Shown: positions 34,250-43,657, counted from the stretch's first letter. The stretch: 64,000 nucleotides of DNA from Bacteroidales bacterium (GCA_017617125.1 JAFZWY010000002.1:3386-67385), one strand, 5' to 3'. Notes: generated from the sequence alone by a model not told the origin. Translations and numbers: made by a program.

Positions 34250-36352
34250 CTACTTTTTATATTTCTCCAAACCTTCGTTAAGGAATTCCATAAATTCCTC
34301 GGCATTAGTGTTGTACGACATCGGTTTTGTAAGCACCTGACCTTCGGGACTTACAACCACATAGTACGGCTGGGTGTTGCACTGGAAGTTGACAATCTGA
34401 ATGTCGGCATTTACCTCGCCCAAAGTCTTCTTCACCTTGCCGTCGTTCGACGAAGTAAACTGCTCTTCGGCTGGCACTTCAACCGACTTTTCATCAACAT
34501 ACAAGGCTGTCATTACAAACTCGTTGTTGAACTTTTCGGCAATCGACTTGTTTGCCCAGATTTCAGCCTGCATCTTCTTGCAGTTTGCGCACGAATGTCC
34601 TGTGAAATAAAGTATCACCGGCTTGTTCTGCGACTTGGCGCACTCGAACGCCTGCTTGTAGTCGAAATATGCATTGACACCGTAAGCAGTATGCATCGAT
34701 TCTGAATATTTTGGTGTTCCGCACAAAGCGCCTTCCGAAGCAGCCCCGCCATCGTCGGCAAGGTTGAAGTTCTGAGTTGTCATCGGCGGAAGAAGTCCCG
34801 ATACCGACGACAAGTTAGCACCGAACATACCCGGGAACAAATAAAGTGCAAACACAAAGAACGCCGATGCCAGAATCATACGGAAGAAACCGACAGTCTT
34901 AACCTCGCTGTCCATTTTGAAACGAATCTTGCCAAGCAGGTAAAGTCCGCACAAAACACTGATAACAATCCAGATGGCAATGTAAAGTTCGCGGCTCATA
35001 ATGTCGAGGTGATAGTTCTGGTCGATGTTGGAGAAGTACTTGAGCGAGAATGCCAAGAGGCAGAAGCCCATTACGACCTTCACCGAGTTCATCCATCCGC
35101 CCGACTTAGGCAACTTCTTGAGCCAGTTCGGAGCTATTGCCAATATTGTAAACGGCAAAGCGAAACCAAGTCCGAAACCTAACATTCCGATTGTCGGCTC
35201 CAATACGTTTCCTCCGGCAGCCTTTACCAACAAAGCACCAACTATAGGTCCGGTGCAACTGAAGCTAACTATTACTGTTGTAAGTGCAAGGAAGAATGAT
35301 GCAAAGATTCCGCCCTTATCGACCTGCTTGTCGCTCTTGTTTGCCAGCGAAGTCGGGAGAATAATCTCGAACAAACCGAACAACGATGCAGCAAATGCAA
35401 CAAACAAAATGAAGAAGATAAGGTTAGGAATCCAGTGCGTACTAAGCACTGTGGTTAGTCCTGCGCCAGCATTCGTAAGCGAGACAATAACACCAATCAG
35501 CGTGTACAGTATGGTTATTGAAATTCCGAAAATCAAAGCCTTGAGTATCGAGTTGAACTTGCTCGAATCGCCCTGCATGAAGAAGCTGATGGTCATAGGA
35601 ATCATCGGGAACACGCAAGGTGTGAGGATACCTAGAATACCGAACAGCAACGAAAGGAAGAAGAACGACCACAGCGAACCATCCTCATCGGGCTCTTCTA
35701 CAAACTCGTTTTGCGAAACTATGCGTGGAGTTCCGCCCTTGTCCGACTGTACAGGTTCTGCAACCACTTCGGCAGAATCGGCAGCTGTTTCTTCCTCTGC
35801 AACAACAGCCTCAGTTGGTTCCTGTGCCTTATTGTCGGCTTCGGCTTTAGCATCAGCAGTATTGGCAGGTTCTGCGGTTTCCTTCTTTGGCAAGTCGATG
35901 TTGAACTTTGCATCGGCATTTACCGGCAGGCACTGGCCGTCTTCGAAGCAAGCTTGTCCCGACAATGAAGCCGTTACCGAGAACGAAGCATCTGCAGTAG
36001 CCTCGATTTTCTGCTTGAAAGTAGCCTTCTTGGTGAAATACTTGACATTTACCATGAATACATCGTCGTATTCGGCAGTTGGAGCTGGTGATTCGGTTGT
36101 TGCGCCTACCAGTTTGTACTTGCCAGACTTGTCGAACTTTATTTCGAGAGGCATAGGTCCACCTGCATCGAAATGCTGTGAATAGAGGTGCCACTTGTCC
36201 TCGATTGTTGCCGTCATTACAAGATTGAATTCCTTGTCGGAAATTTTCTCGGTCGAGAATTTCCACTTAACAGGTTCGGCCATCTGCGCAAAAAGCATTG
36301 AGAATGCGAACATCGCAGTTGCCAGTAAAAAGATTTTTCGCAAAAAGTTCAT
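34250..36352 (-). CDS. Thiol:disulfide interchange protein DsbD family (N-terminal domain, CcdA-like TM core, C-terminal thioredoxin)
   Basis: TM core with LTPCVFPMIPM and FSCTGPIVG. C-terminal thioredoxin motif GHSCANCKKM. I place the start at ATG 36352 (MNFLRKIFLL...) because the -7 box at 36375-36382 lies inside the longer track ORF. ATG 36361 is an alternative. Confidence 0.9.
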   Translation of the reverse strand: MNFLRKIFLLATAMFAFSMLFAQMAEPVKWKFSTEKISDKEFNLVMTATIEDKWHLYSQHFDAGGPMPLEIKFDKSGKYKLVGATTESPAPTAEYDDVFMVNVKYFTKKATFKQKIEATADASFSVTASLSGQACFEDGQCLPVNADAKFNIDLPKKETAEPANTADAKAEADNKAQEPTEAVVAEEETAADSAEVVAEPVQSDKGGTPRIVSQNEFVEEPDEDGSLWSFFFLSLLFGILGILTPCVFPMIPMTISFFMQGDSSKFNSILKALIFGISITILYTLIGVIVSLTNAGAGLTTVLSTHWIPNLIFFILFVAFAASLFGLFEIILPTSLANKSDKQVDKGGIFASFFLALTTVIVSFSCTGPIVGALLVKAAGGNVLEPTIGMLGFGLGFALPFTILAIAPNWLKKLPKSGGWMNSVKVVMGFCLLAFSLKYFSNIDQNYHLDIMSRELYIAIWIVISVLCGLYLLGKIRFKMDSEVKTVGFFRMILASAFFVFALYLFPGMFGANLSSVSGLLPPMTTQNFNLADDGGAASEGALCGTPKYSESMHTAYGVNAYFDYKQAFECAKSQNKPVILYFTGHSCANCKKMQAEIWANKSIAEKFNNEFVMTALYVDEKSVEVPAEEQFTSSNDGKVKKTLGEVNADIQIVNFQCNTQPYYVVVSPEGQVLTKPMSYNTNAEEFMEFLNEGLEKYKK

Positions 36353-36374
36353 ATATACCATTTTTTGTAAACTG

Positions 36375-36382
36375 CAAATATA
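36375..36382 (-). promoter_or_regulatory. -7 promoter box TAtaTTTG of the dsbD-like gene
   Basis: The minus strand reads gTAtaTTTGcagtttacaaaaaatggtatatATG. Confidence 0.5.
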
Positions 36383-36545
36383 CAAAAAATATACAGCCAA
36401 ACAAGTCTACAATTCATATTGTAAATCAAAAATCCAAAATTAACTAAAATACTAATTACTAATAAATTAAAAGCAAGCAAAACATTGCATTCGAAAAAAA
36501 GTTTCTGCACAAGGATATTTTTTTGCCCACTTAAAGAAAAAGATA

Positions 36546-36553
36546 TATTTTTG
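36546..36553 (+). promoter_or_regulatory. -7 promoter box TAttTTTG of the tRNA-Val pair
   Basis: The sequence is gatatatttttgcattc, 11 nt before the first tRNA. Confidence 0.55.
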
Positions 36554-36564
36554 CATTCACTTAC

Positions 36565-36639
36565 GATCTGTTAGCTCAGTTGGTTTAGAGCGCTTGCTTG
36601 ACAGGCAAGAGGTCACAAGTTCAAATCTTGTACAGATCA
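36565..36639 (+). tRNA. tRNA-Val (anticodon GAC)
   Basis: GATCTGT TA GCTC AGTTGGTTTA GAGC G CTTGC TTGACAG GCAAG AGGTC ACAAG TTCAAAT CTTGT ACAGATC A. Confidence 0.9.
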
Positions 36640-36656
36640 CTTTTTTTATTTGATTA

Positions 36657-36731
36657 GGTCTGTTAGCTCAGTTGGTTCAGAGCGCTTCCTTCACACGGAA
36701 GAGGTCAACAGTTCGAATCTGCTACAGACCA
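36657..36731 (+). tRNA. tRNA-Val (anticodon CAC)
   Basis: GGTCTGT TA GCTC AGTTGGTTCA GAGC G CTTCC TTCACAC GGAAG AGGTC AACAG TTCGAAT CTGCT ACAGACC A. There is one A-C mismatch in the T-stem. Confidence 0.85.
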
Positions 36732-36735
36732 CGGA

Positions 36736-36761
36736 ACCGCCTCTGGCGGTTTTTATTTTTT
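36736..36761 (+). terminator. Terminator after the tRNA-Val pair
   Basis: The sequence is aaccgcc-tct-ggcggtt followed by tttatttttt. Confidence 0.8.
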
Positions 36762-36826
36762 CCTTGCACAATATGCCACAACAAATATATTGAAGCTACT
36801 ATCATCCTATAAAAGTGGGGTTAATA

Positions 36827-38428
36827 CTACATCAATTCCTCGTCAAACTCGTCGAAGAAATGATACTCCATATAAGTATAAGCCATCATCGGCAACACCT
36901 CGATCTTGCAGCCATACAATTTCTGCCACTGCTTACGCATAGACCTGAAAATGCCCTTGTTTATATATGCCTCTACAAACGGGTGCGTCTTTATTACAAC
37001 CTTATCGACATTATTTTTCTTAATGATATACTTCAACTGGTTCTCTATTTCGTCGGTAAGGTTGATGCTTGCTTGGATTTTACCGGTACCGTTACAGCAA
37101 GGACATGTTTCGGCAGTCTTCTTGTCGGTTTCGGGACGCACACGCTGACGGGTTATCTCCATCAGGCAGAATCGGCTCAACTGAGTGAGATGATACTTGG
37201 CACGGTCGTTGGCCATGCACGTTTTCATCTTCTCATATATAGCCTTCTTGCTTTCGTTGTCGTGCACATCGATGAAGTCGACCACTATTATTCCGCCCAT
37301 ATCGCGCAGACGCAACTGGCGTGCTATTTCTTCGGCAGCAATAAGGTTTACCTCGAGAGCATTCGTCTCCTGGTCGTTCTTAGAATTGGCCCTGTTGCCT
37401 GAGTTAACGTCGATAACATGTCCAGCTTCGGTATGGTCGATTACAATATATGCGCCCGAACGCATCGGGACGGTTCGTCCAAATGCTGTCTTTATCTGCT
37501 TCTCGATTCCGTAATAATCGAAAATCGGTGTACGGTCGTTATAAAGCTTTACAATCTTTGTCTTTTCGGGGGCTATTTCGGAGATAAACTGCTTTACCTC
37601 CTTATACATATCCTCATCGTTGACGACTATCTGATGGAACGAAGAATTGAGCATATCGCGCAGAAACGCCGATGTCCTGTTCATTTCGCCAAGAACAACG
37701 TTTGGCGGCTCCACAACAGAAAGCTGAGAATACAGTTCTTTCCACTTGTCGAGCAACGAAGTCAACTCCTTGTCGAGTTCCGACAACGGTTTATCCTGCG
37801 CCACAGTCCGCACAATTACGCCGAAATTCTTTGGCACTAGGCTTTCGAGCCATCCGCGCAGACGTTTTCGCGTTTCGTTGGATTTTATCTTTTGGCTGAC
37901 AGAGATTCTATTGTTGAAAGGCAACAATACGAGATTTCTGCCTGCAATTGATATTTCGCAAGTGAGACGAGGCCCTTTAGACGAAATAGGCTCCTTGGCG
38001 ATTTGCACCAGCACATATTCCCCGACCTTGAGAATGTCGGCAATCTTGCCACGCTTGTCGATATCGGGTTCTACCTTGATGTTAGTGAGGCCATTGGGAT
38101 TCTTGGTCATCCCCATGCGGACGAACTTTTTCAGTGTCATGAAACCAGAACCGAGGTCGAGATAATGCAGGAATGCATCTTTTCTATATCCGACATCGAT
38201 AAACGCAGCATTCAAGCCAGGCATAAGCTTGTTGACTCTTCCCAGGTAAATGTCACCGACAGAAAAGTCCACGTTGCTGTATTCGGTGCTAAGTTCCACC
38301 AACCGCTTGTTATTCAACAAGGCTATATTGACTTCGGAACTTCTGACATCCAAAAACAACTCGCTGCACACCTCTAATTTCTCGTCGTCCACGTTCTCCT
38401 CTCCTACAATGTTTTTGCAAAAAATCAA
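36827..38428 (-). CDS. rng: Ribonuclease G/E family protein (Rne/Rng)
   Basis: S1 domain GDIYLGRVNKLMPGLNAAFIDVGYRKDAFLH, catalytic core IVIDHTEAGHVIDVNSG and Zn-link CPCCNGTG. The listed start at 38428 is TTG and lies inside the upstream terminator hairpin. The true start is probably in-frame GTG 38392 or GTG 38371 (MCSELFLDV...). Confidence 0.9.
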   Translation of the reverse strand: MIFCKNIVGEENVDDEKLEVCSELFLDVRSSEVNIALLNNKRLVELSTEYSNVDFSVGDIYLGRVNKLMPGLNAAFIDVGYRKDAFLHYLDLGSGFMTLKKFVRMGMTKNPNGLTNIKVEPDIDKRGKIADILKVGEYVLVQIAKEPISSKGPRLTCEISIAGRNLVLLPFNNRISVSQKIKSNETRKRLRGWLESLVPKNFGVIVRTVAQDKPLSELDKELTSLLDKWKELYSQLSVVEPPNVVLGEMNRTSAFLRDMLNSSFHQIVVNDEDMYKEVKQFISEIAPEKTKIVKLYNDRTPIFDYYGIEKQIKTAFGRTVPMRSGAYIVIDHTEAGHVIDVNSGNRANSKNDQETNALEVNLIAAEEIARQLRLRDMGGIIVVDFIDVHDNESKKAIYEKMKTCMANDRAKYHLTQLSRFCLMEITRQRVRPETDKKTAETCPCCNGTGKIQASINLTDEIENQLKYIIKKNNVDKVVIKTHPFVEAYINKGIFRSMRKQWQKLYGCKIEVLPMMAYTYMEYHFFDEFDEELM

Positions 38429-38455
38429 ACCTTCGGAAGAGTCTCCGAAGGTTTG
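38418..38455 (-). terminator. Rho-independent terminator after the HU/mini-protein pair
   Basis: A 12-bp stem caaaccttcgga / tccgaaggtttg. It is followed on the minus strand by attttttg. Confidence 0.75.
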
Positions 38456-38486
38456 GATAATTTTTTAATTCAAAAAAAAGAAAATA

Positions 38487-38579
38487 CTATTTTTTCTTTT
38501 TATGTCTGTTCTTACGAAGACGTTTTTTCCTCTTGTGAGTAGACATTTTATGTCTTTTTCTCTTCTTTCCGCTTGGCAT
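38487..38579 (-). CDS. 30-aa extremely basic mini-protein, bS22/mS38 (AURKAIP1-COX24)-like candidate ribosomal protein
   Basis: Hand translation of the minus strand gives ATG 38579..38577 through TAG 38489..38487, which is MPSGKKRKRHKMSTHKRKKRLRKNRHKKKK. It lies 8 nt downstream of the HU stop and upstream of a terminator. It is absent from the ORF track because it is too short. Confidence 0.65.
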   Translation of the reverse strand: MPSGKKRKRHKMSTHKRKKRLRKNRHKKKK

Positions 38580-38587
38580 AGCTCTAA

Positions 38588-38878
38588 TTATTTAACCTTG
38601 TTATTATCCTTTACTTCTGATACGAAAGACTTTGCCGGCTTGAAAGCAGGAATATTGTGAGCTGGAATAGTTATTGTTGTGTTCTTAGCCATATCCCTTG
38701 CAGTCTTTTCTGCTCTCTTCTTAACAACAAAACTTCCAAAACCTCTTAAAAATACGTCTTCACCATTGATCAAAGAACCTTTTACAGATTCCATGAAAGC
38801 TTCAACAGTCTTCTGAACTACCATTTTTTCGATTCCGGTATTTTCGGAAATTGCATTTACAATGTCTGCTTTAGTCAT
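38588..38878 (-). CDS. hup: HU family DNA-binding protein
   Basis: 96 aa: MTKADIVNAISENTGIEKMVVQKTVEAFMESV...FLRGFGSFVVKKRAEKTARDMAKNTTITIPAHNIPAFKPAKSF. Confidence 0.95.
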   Translation of the reverse strand: MTKADIVNAISENTGIEKMVVQKTVEAFMESVKGSLINGEDVFLRGFGSFVVKKRAEKTARDMAKNTTITIPAHNIPAFKPAKSFVSEVKDNNKVK

Positions 38879-38942
38879 TTTCTTAATATTTAATTGTTTA
38901 TAAATAATTTATCTTTACAAATCCCCGTATTTTTTGGGAGTG

Positions 38943-38950
38943 CAAATGTA
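38943..38950 (-). promoter_or_regulatory. -7 promoter box TAcaTTTG of the HU gene
   Basis: The minus strand reads ttatTAcaTTTGcactcc, giving a leader of about 58 nt. Confidence 0.5.
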
Positions 38951-39010
38951 ATAACTTTTTTTTGAAGGACAAAAGAATTTTTATTTTTTTTCTTTTACAT
39001 CAGTATTTTA

Positions 39011-40426
39011 CTACAATCCCTTGCCAAGAATGACGATTTTTATTGTATATATAAGGATTTTTATGTCCATCAGCAACGAACGGTTTTCGATATACAGGAT
39101 ATCAAACTTCAACCTTTCTACCATCTGGTCGACATTCTCTGCGTATCCGTATTTTACTTGCCCCCAAGAGGTTATACCAGGGCGAACAGAAAGCAGATGC
39201 AAATAATGCGGAGCTTTCTCCACAATCTGCTTAATATAGAATTCGCGCTCGGGACGCGGACCGACTAGGCTCATGTCGCCACGCAACACATTGAAAAACT
39301 GCGGAATCTCATCCATTCGTGTCTTTCTCATAATCTTGCCGACGCGGGTTATGCGCGGGTCATCCTTCTTACTGAGAGCCGGACCACTTTGTTCCGAATT
39401 CACATACATCGAACGGAACTTGTAGATCTTGAACGGCTTATGATAACGCCCGATGCGCTCGTGGCTATATATTATAGGTCCTGGCGAACTCATTTTAACG
39501 GCAATGGCAAGAACAAGATACAACGGCGACAATATAACCATTGCAAGAATGCTTAGGACAATGTCGAAGAACCGCTTTGCAAAGAGCTGCCAAACAGGCA
39601 TTACATCCTGATTTATTGCAATGAGCGGCATACCTATTATAGAAGTTATGCGCACCTTGCCTATGAGCATGTCGTACATGTCTGGAATTACCTTAACAGA
39701 AACACGCACGCCATACAATTTGTTGATTATATGTGTAATCTTGTCATGCTCGCTCGATTCGATAGCTATTACAATCTCCTCTATCTTGTATTTTCCTATA
39801 ATATCCCTTATGTCATCCACACTACCAAAATTAGGCACATATTTCTCCATCTGGTAATTATCCTGCTTGTCGACATAAACAAAACCAATAAAATTCAAAC
39901 CTGAAGAAATATTCTGCGACTCCAGCTCACGATACAATTCAACAGCCTTATCGTTACTACCGACCATAAGTGTATTGAAGCGCAGTTTACGCGAATGCAC
40001 CCGCTTGTTGGTCACCGTAGTAATTACAAGACGAGGAATGTATGTAAAAGTAAACTGCATTAACAGAAGCAGACCGAACATACTGTAGTACTGCCTGTAG
40101 TTACCAACCCAGTCGTCGAGTACAAAGACGAAAAACAAAATCACAACGCCGATGATGGTTACAATTGCAGTCGTGCCGAACTCATGCACTCTCGACTTGC
40201 GGAAAGGAGTCCTGTAATAGTCGCTCATGAGATGCAGCAACAGCCAGAACAATGGAATTACGACCATCGACACATAGAATTTCCAGTCGAGTTCCACAGG
40301 GATAGAATAACCGAGACGCAAAGGCTCAATCTCGATCTTACGATAGCAATAGAACAAGCCCCACGTAGCCGCAGCTGCAAGATAATCAAACAGTATATAT
40401 TTAAAATTCTGCCTTGCTTTTTGCAT
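39011..40426 (-). CDS. Polyprenyl-phosphate glycosyl-1-phosphate transferase (WbaP/bacterial sugar transferase family)
   Basis: 471 aa with 4-5 N-terminal TM segments. C-terminal domain KRFFDIVLSILAMVILSPL...PGPIIYSHERIG...FKIYKFRSM...DPRITRVGKIMRKTRMDEIPQFFNVLRGDMSLVGPRPE. Confidence 0.92.
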   Translation of the reverse strand: MQKARQNFKYILFDYLAAAATWGLFYCYRKIEIEPLRLGYSIPVELDWKFYVSMVVIPLFWLLLHLMSDYYRTPFRKSRVHEFGTTAIVTIIGVVILFFVFVLDDWVGNYRQYYSMFGLLLLMQFTFTYIPRLVITTVTNKRVHSRKLRFNTLMVGSNDKAVELYRELESQNISSGLNFIGFVYVDKQDNYQMEKYVPNFGSVDDIRDIIGKYKIEEIVIAIESSEHDKITHIINKLYGVRVSVKVIPDMYDMLIGKVRITSIIGMPLIAINQDVMPVWQLFAKRFFDIVLSILAMVILSPLYLVLAIAVKMSSPGPIIYSHERIGRYHKPFKIYKFRSMYVNSEQSGPALSKKDDPRITRVGKIMRKTRMDEIPQFFNVLRGDMSLVGPRPEREFYIKQIVEKAPHYLHLLSVRPGITSWGQVKYGYAENVDQMVERLKFDILYIENRSLLMDIKILIYTIKIVILGKGL

Positions 40427-40434
40427 AATTTGCT

Positions 40435-41322
40435 TTAGTTTTCAATATGCAACAACTTGATATTATCAATAAATATCTCGCTATTCTGTCCGACAGGGCT
40501 GATAGAATCGCACCTATAGGCGGCGAAAAACGGCTGGAACTGCCCGCAGTTTGAAGCTGAGCGTCCGATCGCATCGTTAAGATTTATATATACGCGCTTC
40601 CACTCGCCGTCTGTGGAATAGAAAGAATAAGCCCTCTCGCGCTTACCAATGGTAGAAGTTGCACTTTCCACCAAGCCGTACATGCCGAAATCGAACATAT
40701 CGTTGCACTTATAGCTAACTTCGAGAAATGTCACTCCGCTTTGCGAAAGCGAATACACTTCGGAAGCCCTGCACTCAAAATATCCTTGATAGTCGTCCTT
40801 TGGTATCACGACCTTCATTGCATATCCTTCGCTACCGTCTTCGAGCGAAACATCGAAATCGTATTTGCTCGAATCAGATTTCTCAAACTTGGAACCTATG
40901 TGGTCAAAGTTCTCTACCAGAATAAAATTAACGCCCTGCCTATACGAATAATGCGGTGTAAGTTTCAATACCGAATTTGGGGTTAACATGGTATCAATAT
41001 CGTAGTTATAGAGCATAGGATAAACAATCCTCTCGGCATCTCGTCCGGAATTCTTTATACCCGGCTCTATGTCGATGGTCTGAATGCCAGAACTTAACAC
41101 AGGCACTTCGAATGGGATTTCGAAAATACCAATTGTCGTTCCGCCAACCGAAAGCCAACAGTCCGATATATTATGAATGGCCGTACCCTGAGATGGGTCA
41201 ACAATATCGATAACTGCCTCATCGACACGTACAAATGCGGGCACGCCTTCCGTCGGGTCCTGTCTCCCGCACGACTGGAAAACCAATGCGAACACAAATG
41301 CCCAAACCAGTATTTTCTTCAT
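40435..41322 (-). CDS. Lipoprotein of unknown function, 8 nt upstream of the sugar transferase gene
   Basis: 295 aa with lipobox VFALVFQSC. Confidence 0.7.
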   Translation of the reverse strand: MKKILVWAFVFALVFQSCGRQDPTEGVPAFVRVDEAVIDIVDPSQGTAIHNISDCWLSVGGTTIGIFEIPFEVPVLSSGIQTIDIEPGIKNSGRDAERIVYPMLYNYDIDTMLTPNSVLKLTPHYSYRQGVNFILVENFDHIGSKFEKSDSSKYDFDVSLEDGSEGYAMKVVIPKDDYQGYFECRASEVYSLSQSGVTFLEVSYKCNDMFDFGMYGLVESATSTIGKRERAYSFYSTDGEWKRVYINLNDAIGRSASNCGQFQPFFAAYRCDSISPVGQNSEIFIDNIKLLHIEN

Positions 41323-41350
41323 CTGTCAATTAATTCTTATTATAAGAAGG

Positions 41351-41358
41351 CAAAGGTA
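41351..41358 (-). promoter_or_regulatory. -7 promoter box TAccTTTG
   Basis: The minus strand reads gtcTAccTTTGccttc, with 28 nt to ATG 41322. Confidence 0.5.
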
Positions 41359-41430
41359 GACAAAAAATCTTATCAGCGCACAAAGATTTAAATAAATTTC
41401 ACTAACGGGAGCTACCACCGAATAGGCAGA

Positions 41431-41461
41431 CAAGCAAAAAGGCAAACAGACCGCTGGTCTG
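41431..41461 (-). terminator. Terminator after the 41478 lipoprotein gene
   Basis: The minus strand reads cagacc-agc-ggtctg followed by tttgcctttttg. Confidence 0.65.
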
Positions 41462-41477
41462 CGGGCCCGTTTGACCG

Positions 41478-42596
41478 TTAGTCTTTTTCCTCCTTCGGCA
41501 ACATTATAAATACCGGCGCCTTTACAATTTCGACAGGCTTTTTACTGTCGGGAGTAATTGCCATGATTGTCGGCACGAAGTTCTCTACGTCCTCCATGAA
41601 ATTGCGAACATACAGGAATGTTCCATCCTCGAGCCATGCCATTGACGGACCTTCATCGTACGACAAGTCGGTTCCTTCCAATATTATCTGCGTCTTTCCG
41701 TCGAGGCTTGCAACACAGAATGGTCCGTGCGGGAAGTCGCCCCAGCCAAGAATCGCGCCAAAGACAACCCTGTCGCCATTAGGCGAAATTCCACTGAATT
41801 CGAATTCTTCTGGCGTCGACTCAAACTTCATCTTGTCGGTAAGACAAACTCCGCCATTTCCCTCCGATCCGTAATAATAGTTATACGACGATCCTTCACT
41901 TTCGCCTTCGTCATCATCAGCACCAGCCTCGTAAAAACTTGAGTAAGAAATTACTTCATCATCATCTTCTTCGTCGTCTTCCTCATCGTTTGACGAACTT
42001 TCAAAATACCTATACAGTTTTTCTATACTCTGAGAAGTCACAAACTTGTGCAATTCATTGTCGTACACCTTTATCTTGGTAAACCAGTAACCATCCCAGC
42101 TGAAATCATAGTTCACACCAAAATATCTACCGTCATCACTTATCCTCAGCCCCGAATATGTGCCGTATGTTTCGGTTATGCAGTCGTTGCAGGCAAGTCC
42201 CCAGCTAACAATCTCCTGTGGCTCCGGATTTTCAGAAGCAAAGTCGATATACTTGAGCACCATAGTGCTATCACTGCACACCGAATAATATAACTTAAAA
42301 GTGCCTGGCAAGAACTCGTAGTTCACAATTTCGTCAGTCTCACCTTCATACACTAGCGAATCCATATTTTCCACCGAGAAGAAACAGATCTTCGAACCGC
42401 GGAAATACATGAAATCGTAGTCTGCAAAAATCGGCAGGGTATCGGCTGCAATGCTATCTACTTCTGCAATAGTATCATTTTCAACTTCCTTATTCGTTGC
42501 TTCTTTAGCATTATTATTCGACTTGCACGAAAATATCATGCACGACATCAGTACAATTGTCGAGAATATAAACCAATTCTGAATACGTGAACTCAT
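41478..42596 (-). CDS. Lipoprotein of unknown function with acidic D/E tract
   Basis: 372 aa with lipobox LMSCMIFSC and an internal NDEEDDEEDDDE stretch. Confidence 0.7.
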   Translation of the reverse strand: MSSRIQNWFIFSTIVLMSCMIFSCKSNNNAKEATNKEVENDTIAEVDSIAADTLPIFADYDFMYFRGSKICFFSVENMDSLVYEGETDEIVNYEFLPGTFKLYYSVCSDSTMVLKYIDFASENPEPQEIVSWGLACNDCITETYGTYSGLRISDDGRYFGVNYDFSWDGYWFTKIKVYDNELHKFVTSQSIEKLYRYFESSSNDEEDDEEDDDEVISYSSFYEAGADDDEGESEGSSYNYYYGSEGNGGVCLTDKMKFESTPEEFEFSGISPNGDRVVFGAILGWGDFPHGPFCVASLDGKTQIILEGTDLSYDEGPSMAWLEDGTFLYVRNFMEDVENFVPTIMAITPDSKKPVEIVKAPVFIMLPKEEKD

Positions 42597-42675
42597 ATAC
42601 CTATATATTAATTAATAGCAATTAAAAACTTTTGTGCAAAGATAAGACTTTCCGCACAAAATATAAAATGGATTT

Positions 42676-43632
42676 TTAGAAACCGCTCAGGCTTATCTTT
42701 TCCTTTATCTTTTTCACAACGTCGTAGGTCTTGAGTATGGTATCGACGTTGACTTCGGGCGATTTGTTGTAAAGTATTGATTTTGCGAACGATGTAAACT
42801 CGTCGTAATATACGTTGTTGGGCTTCACCATAATCGGCTCTACGCACAAGTCGCCTATCGACTGGCTGAAGAACGACAAATCGTCGACATCTCCATGCTT
42901 TTTCACCAAAGATGCAGTATTGTTAAGCATATCGATATTGGTGTAGCTTTCGCGGCAATAGAATGTCATCTTATGCGAATCTTCCACGGCAACCCTGCTT
43001 GCCACCAAATGCGCCACACAACCGTTGTAGAACTCAATGCGGGCATTTATTACATCGGGTGCAACCGACGGCATCTGCGTTATGGCAGAAGCACTTGCGT
43101 AAATGTTCTTCACATTCGACTTCACTACGCTAAGCACAATGTCGACATCGTTGATGAGCATATCCATCAGTACCGAGCAATATTCACTGCTGGAATTGAA
43201 GCGCCTATAGTTAACCGACTGTATGAAACGAGGCATCACAATAAACGGCTTTGCCGACAGGAAAGTGTTGTTGAAACGATGGTGGAATCCTGCCTGCACC
43301 TTCACGTTGGCCTCGTCGACTATGCTCGACAATTTGTTGACATCGGTACTGCAATACGATGATGCCGGCTCGAAAAACACATGCTTCGACGATTTTACAA
43401 GAGTTTTTATCTCCTCGAGGCTTGTTGCAGGCGAAACTGCAATTACGGCATCGACATTTTTCAGGAATGCTCCCTCCTCATCGAACTTGCGCAAATGCAG
43501 GTCGGGGACTGTGCTTTTAGCAGATTCTGCGGAATAGGTTCCCACGACATCAAGTTCGGCAACATCGAGAATATTCTCGACCATGCCGACCGTGCTCGAA
43601 TCAATGCTGCCGTAAACGCCTGTCCTTATCAT
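42676..43632 (-). CDS. Gfo/Idh/MocA-like oxidoreductase-fold protein (dinucleotide motif degenerate)
   Basis: About 318 aa. It begins MIRTGVYGSIDSS... where family members carry GxGxxG. I use ATG 43632 because the track start at 43650 is GTG and overlaps the -7 box. Confidence 0.55.
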   Translation of the reverse strand: MIRTGVYGSIDSSTVGMVENILDVAELDVVGTYSAESAKSTVPDLHLRKFDEEGAFLKNVDAVIAVSPATSLEEIKTLVKSSKHVFFEPASSYCSTDVNKLSSIVDEANVKVQAGFHHRFNNTFLSAKPFIVMPRFIQSVNYRRFNSSSEYCSVLMDMLINDVDIVLSVVKSNVKNIYASASAITQMPSVAPDVINARIEFYNGCVAHLVASRVAVEDSHKMTFYCRESYTNIDMLNNTASLVKKHGDVDDLSFFSQSIGDLCVEPIMVKPNNVYYDEFTSFAKSILYNKSPEVNVDTILKTYDVVKKIKEKISLSGF

Positions 43633-43649
43633 TCCTAAAATTATTGGCA

Positions 43650-43657
43650 CAAAAATA
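43650..43657 (-). promoter_or_regulatory. -7 promoter box TAttTTTG
   Basis: The minus strand reads ggTAttTTTGtgccaataattttaggaATG, with 17 nt to the ATG. Confidence 0.5.

Noticed and set aside
35025-36185. 386-aa ORF antisense to the DsbD-like gene
   Set aside because: The sense strand encodes a protein with clear DsbD motifs. The antisense product is low-complexity (S/A/P-rich), which is typical of shadow ORFs.
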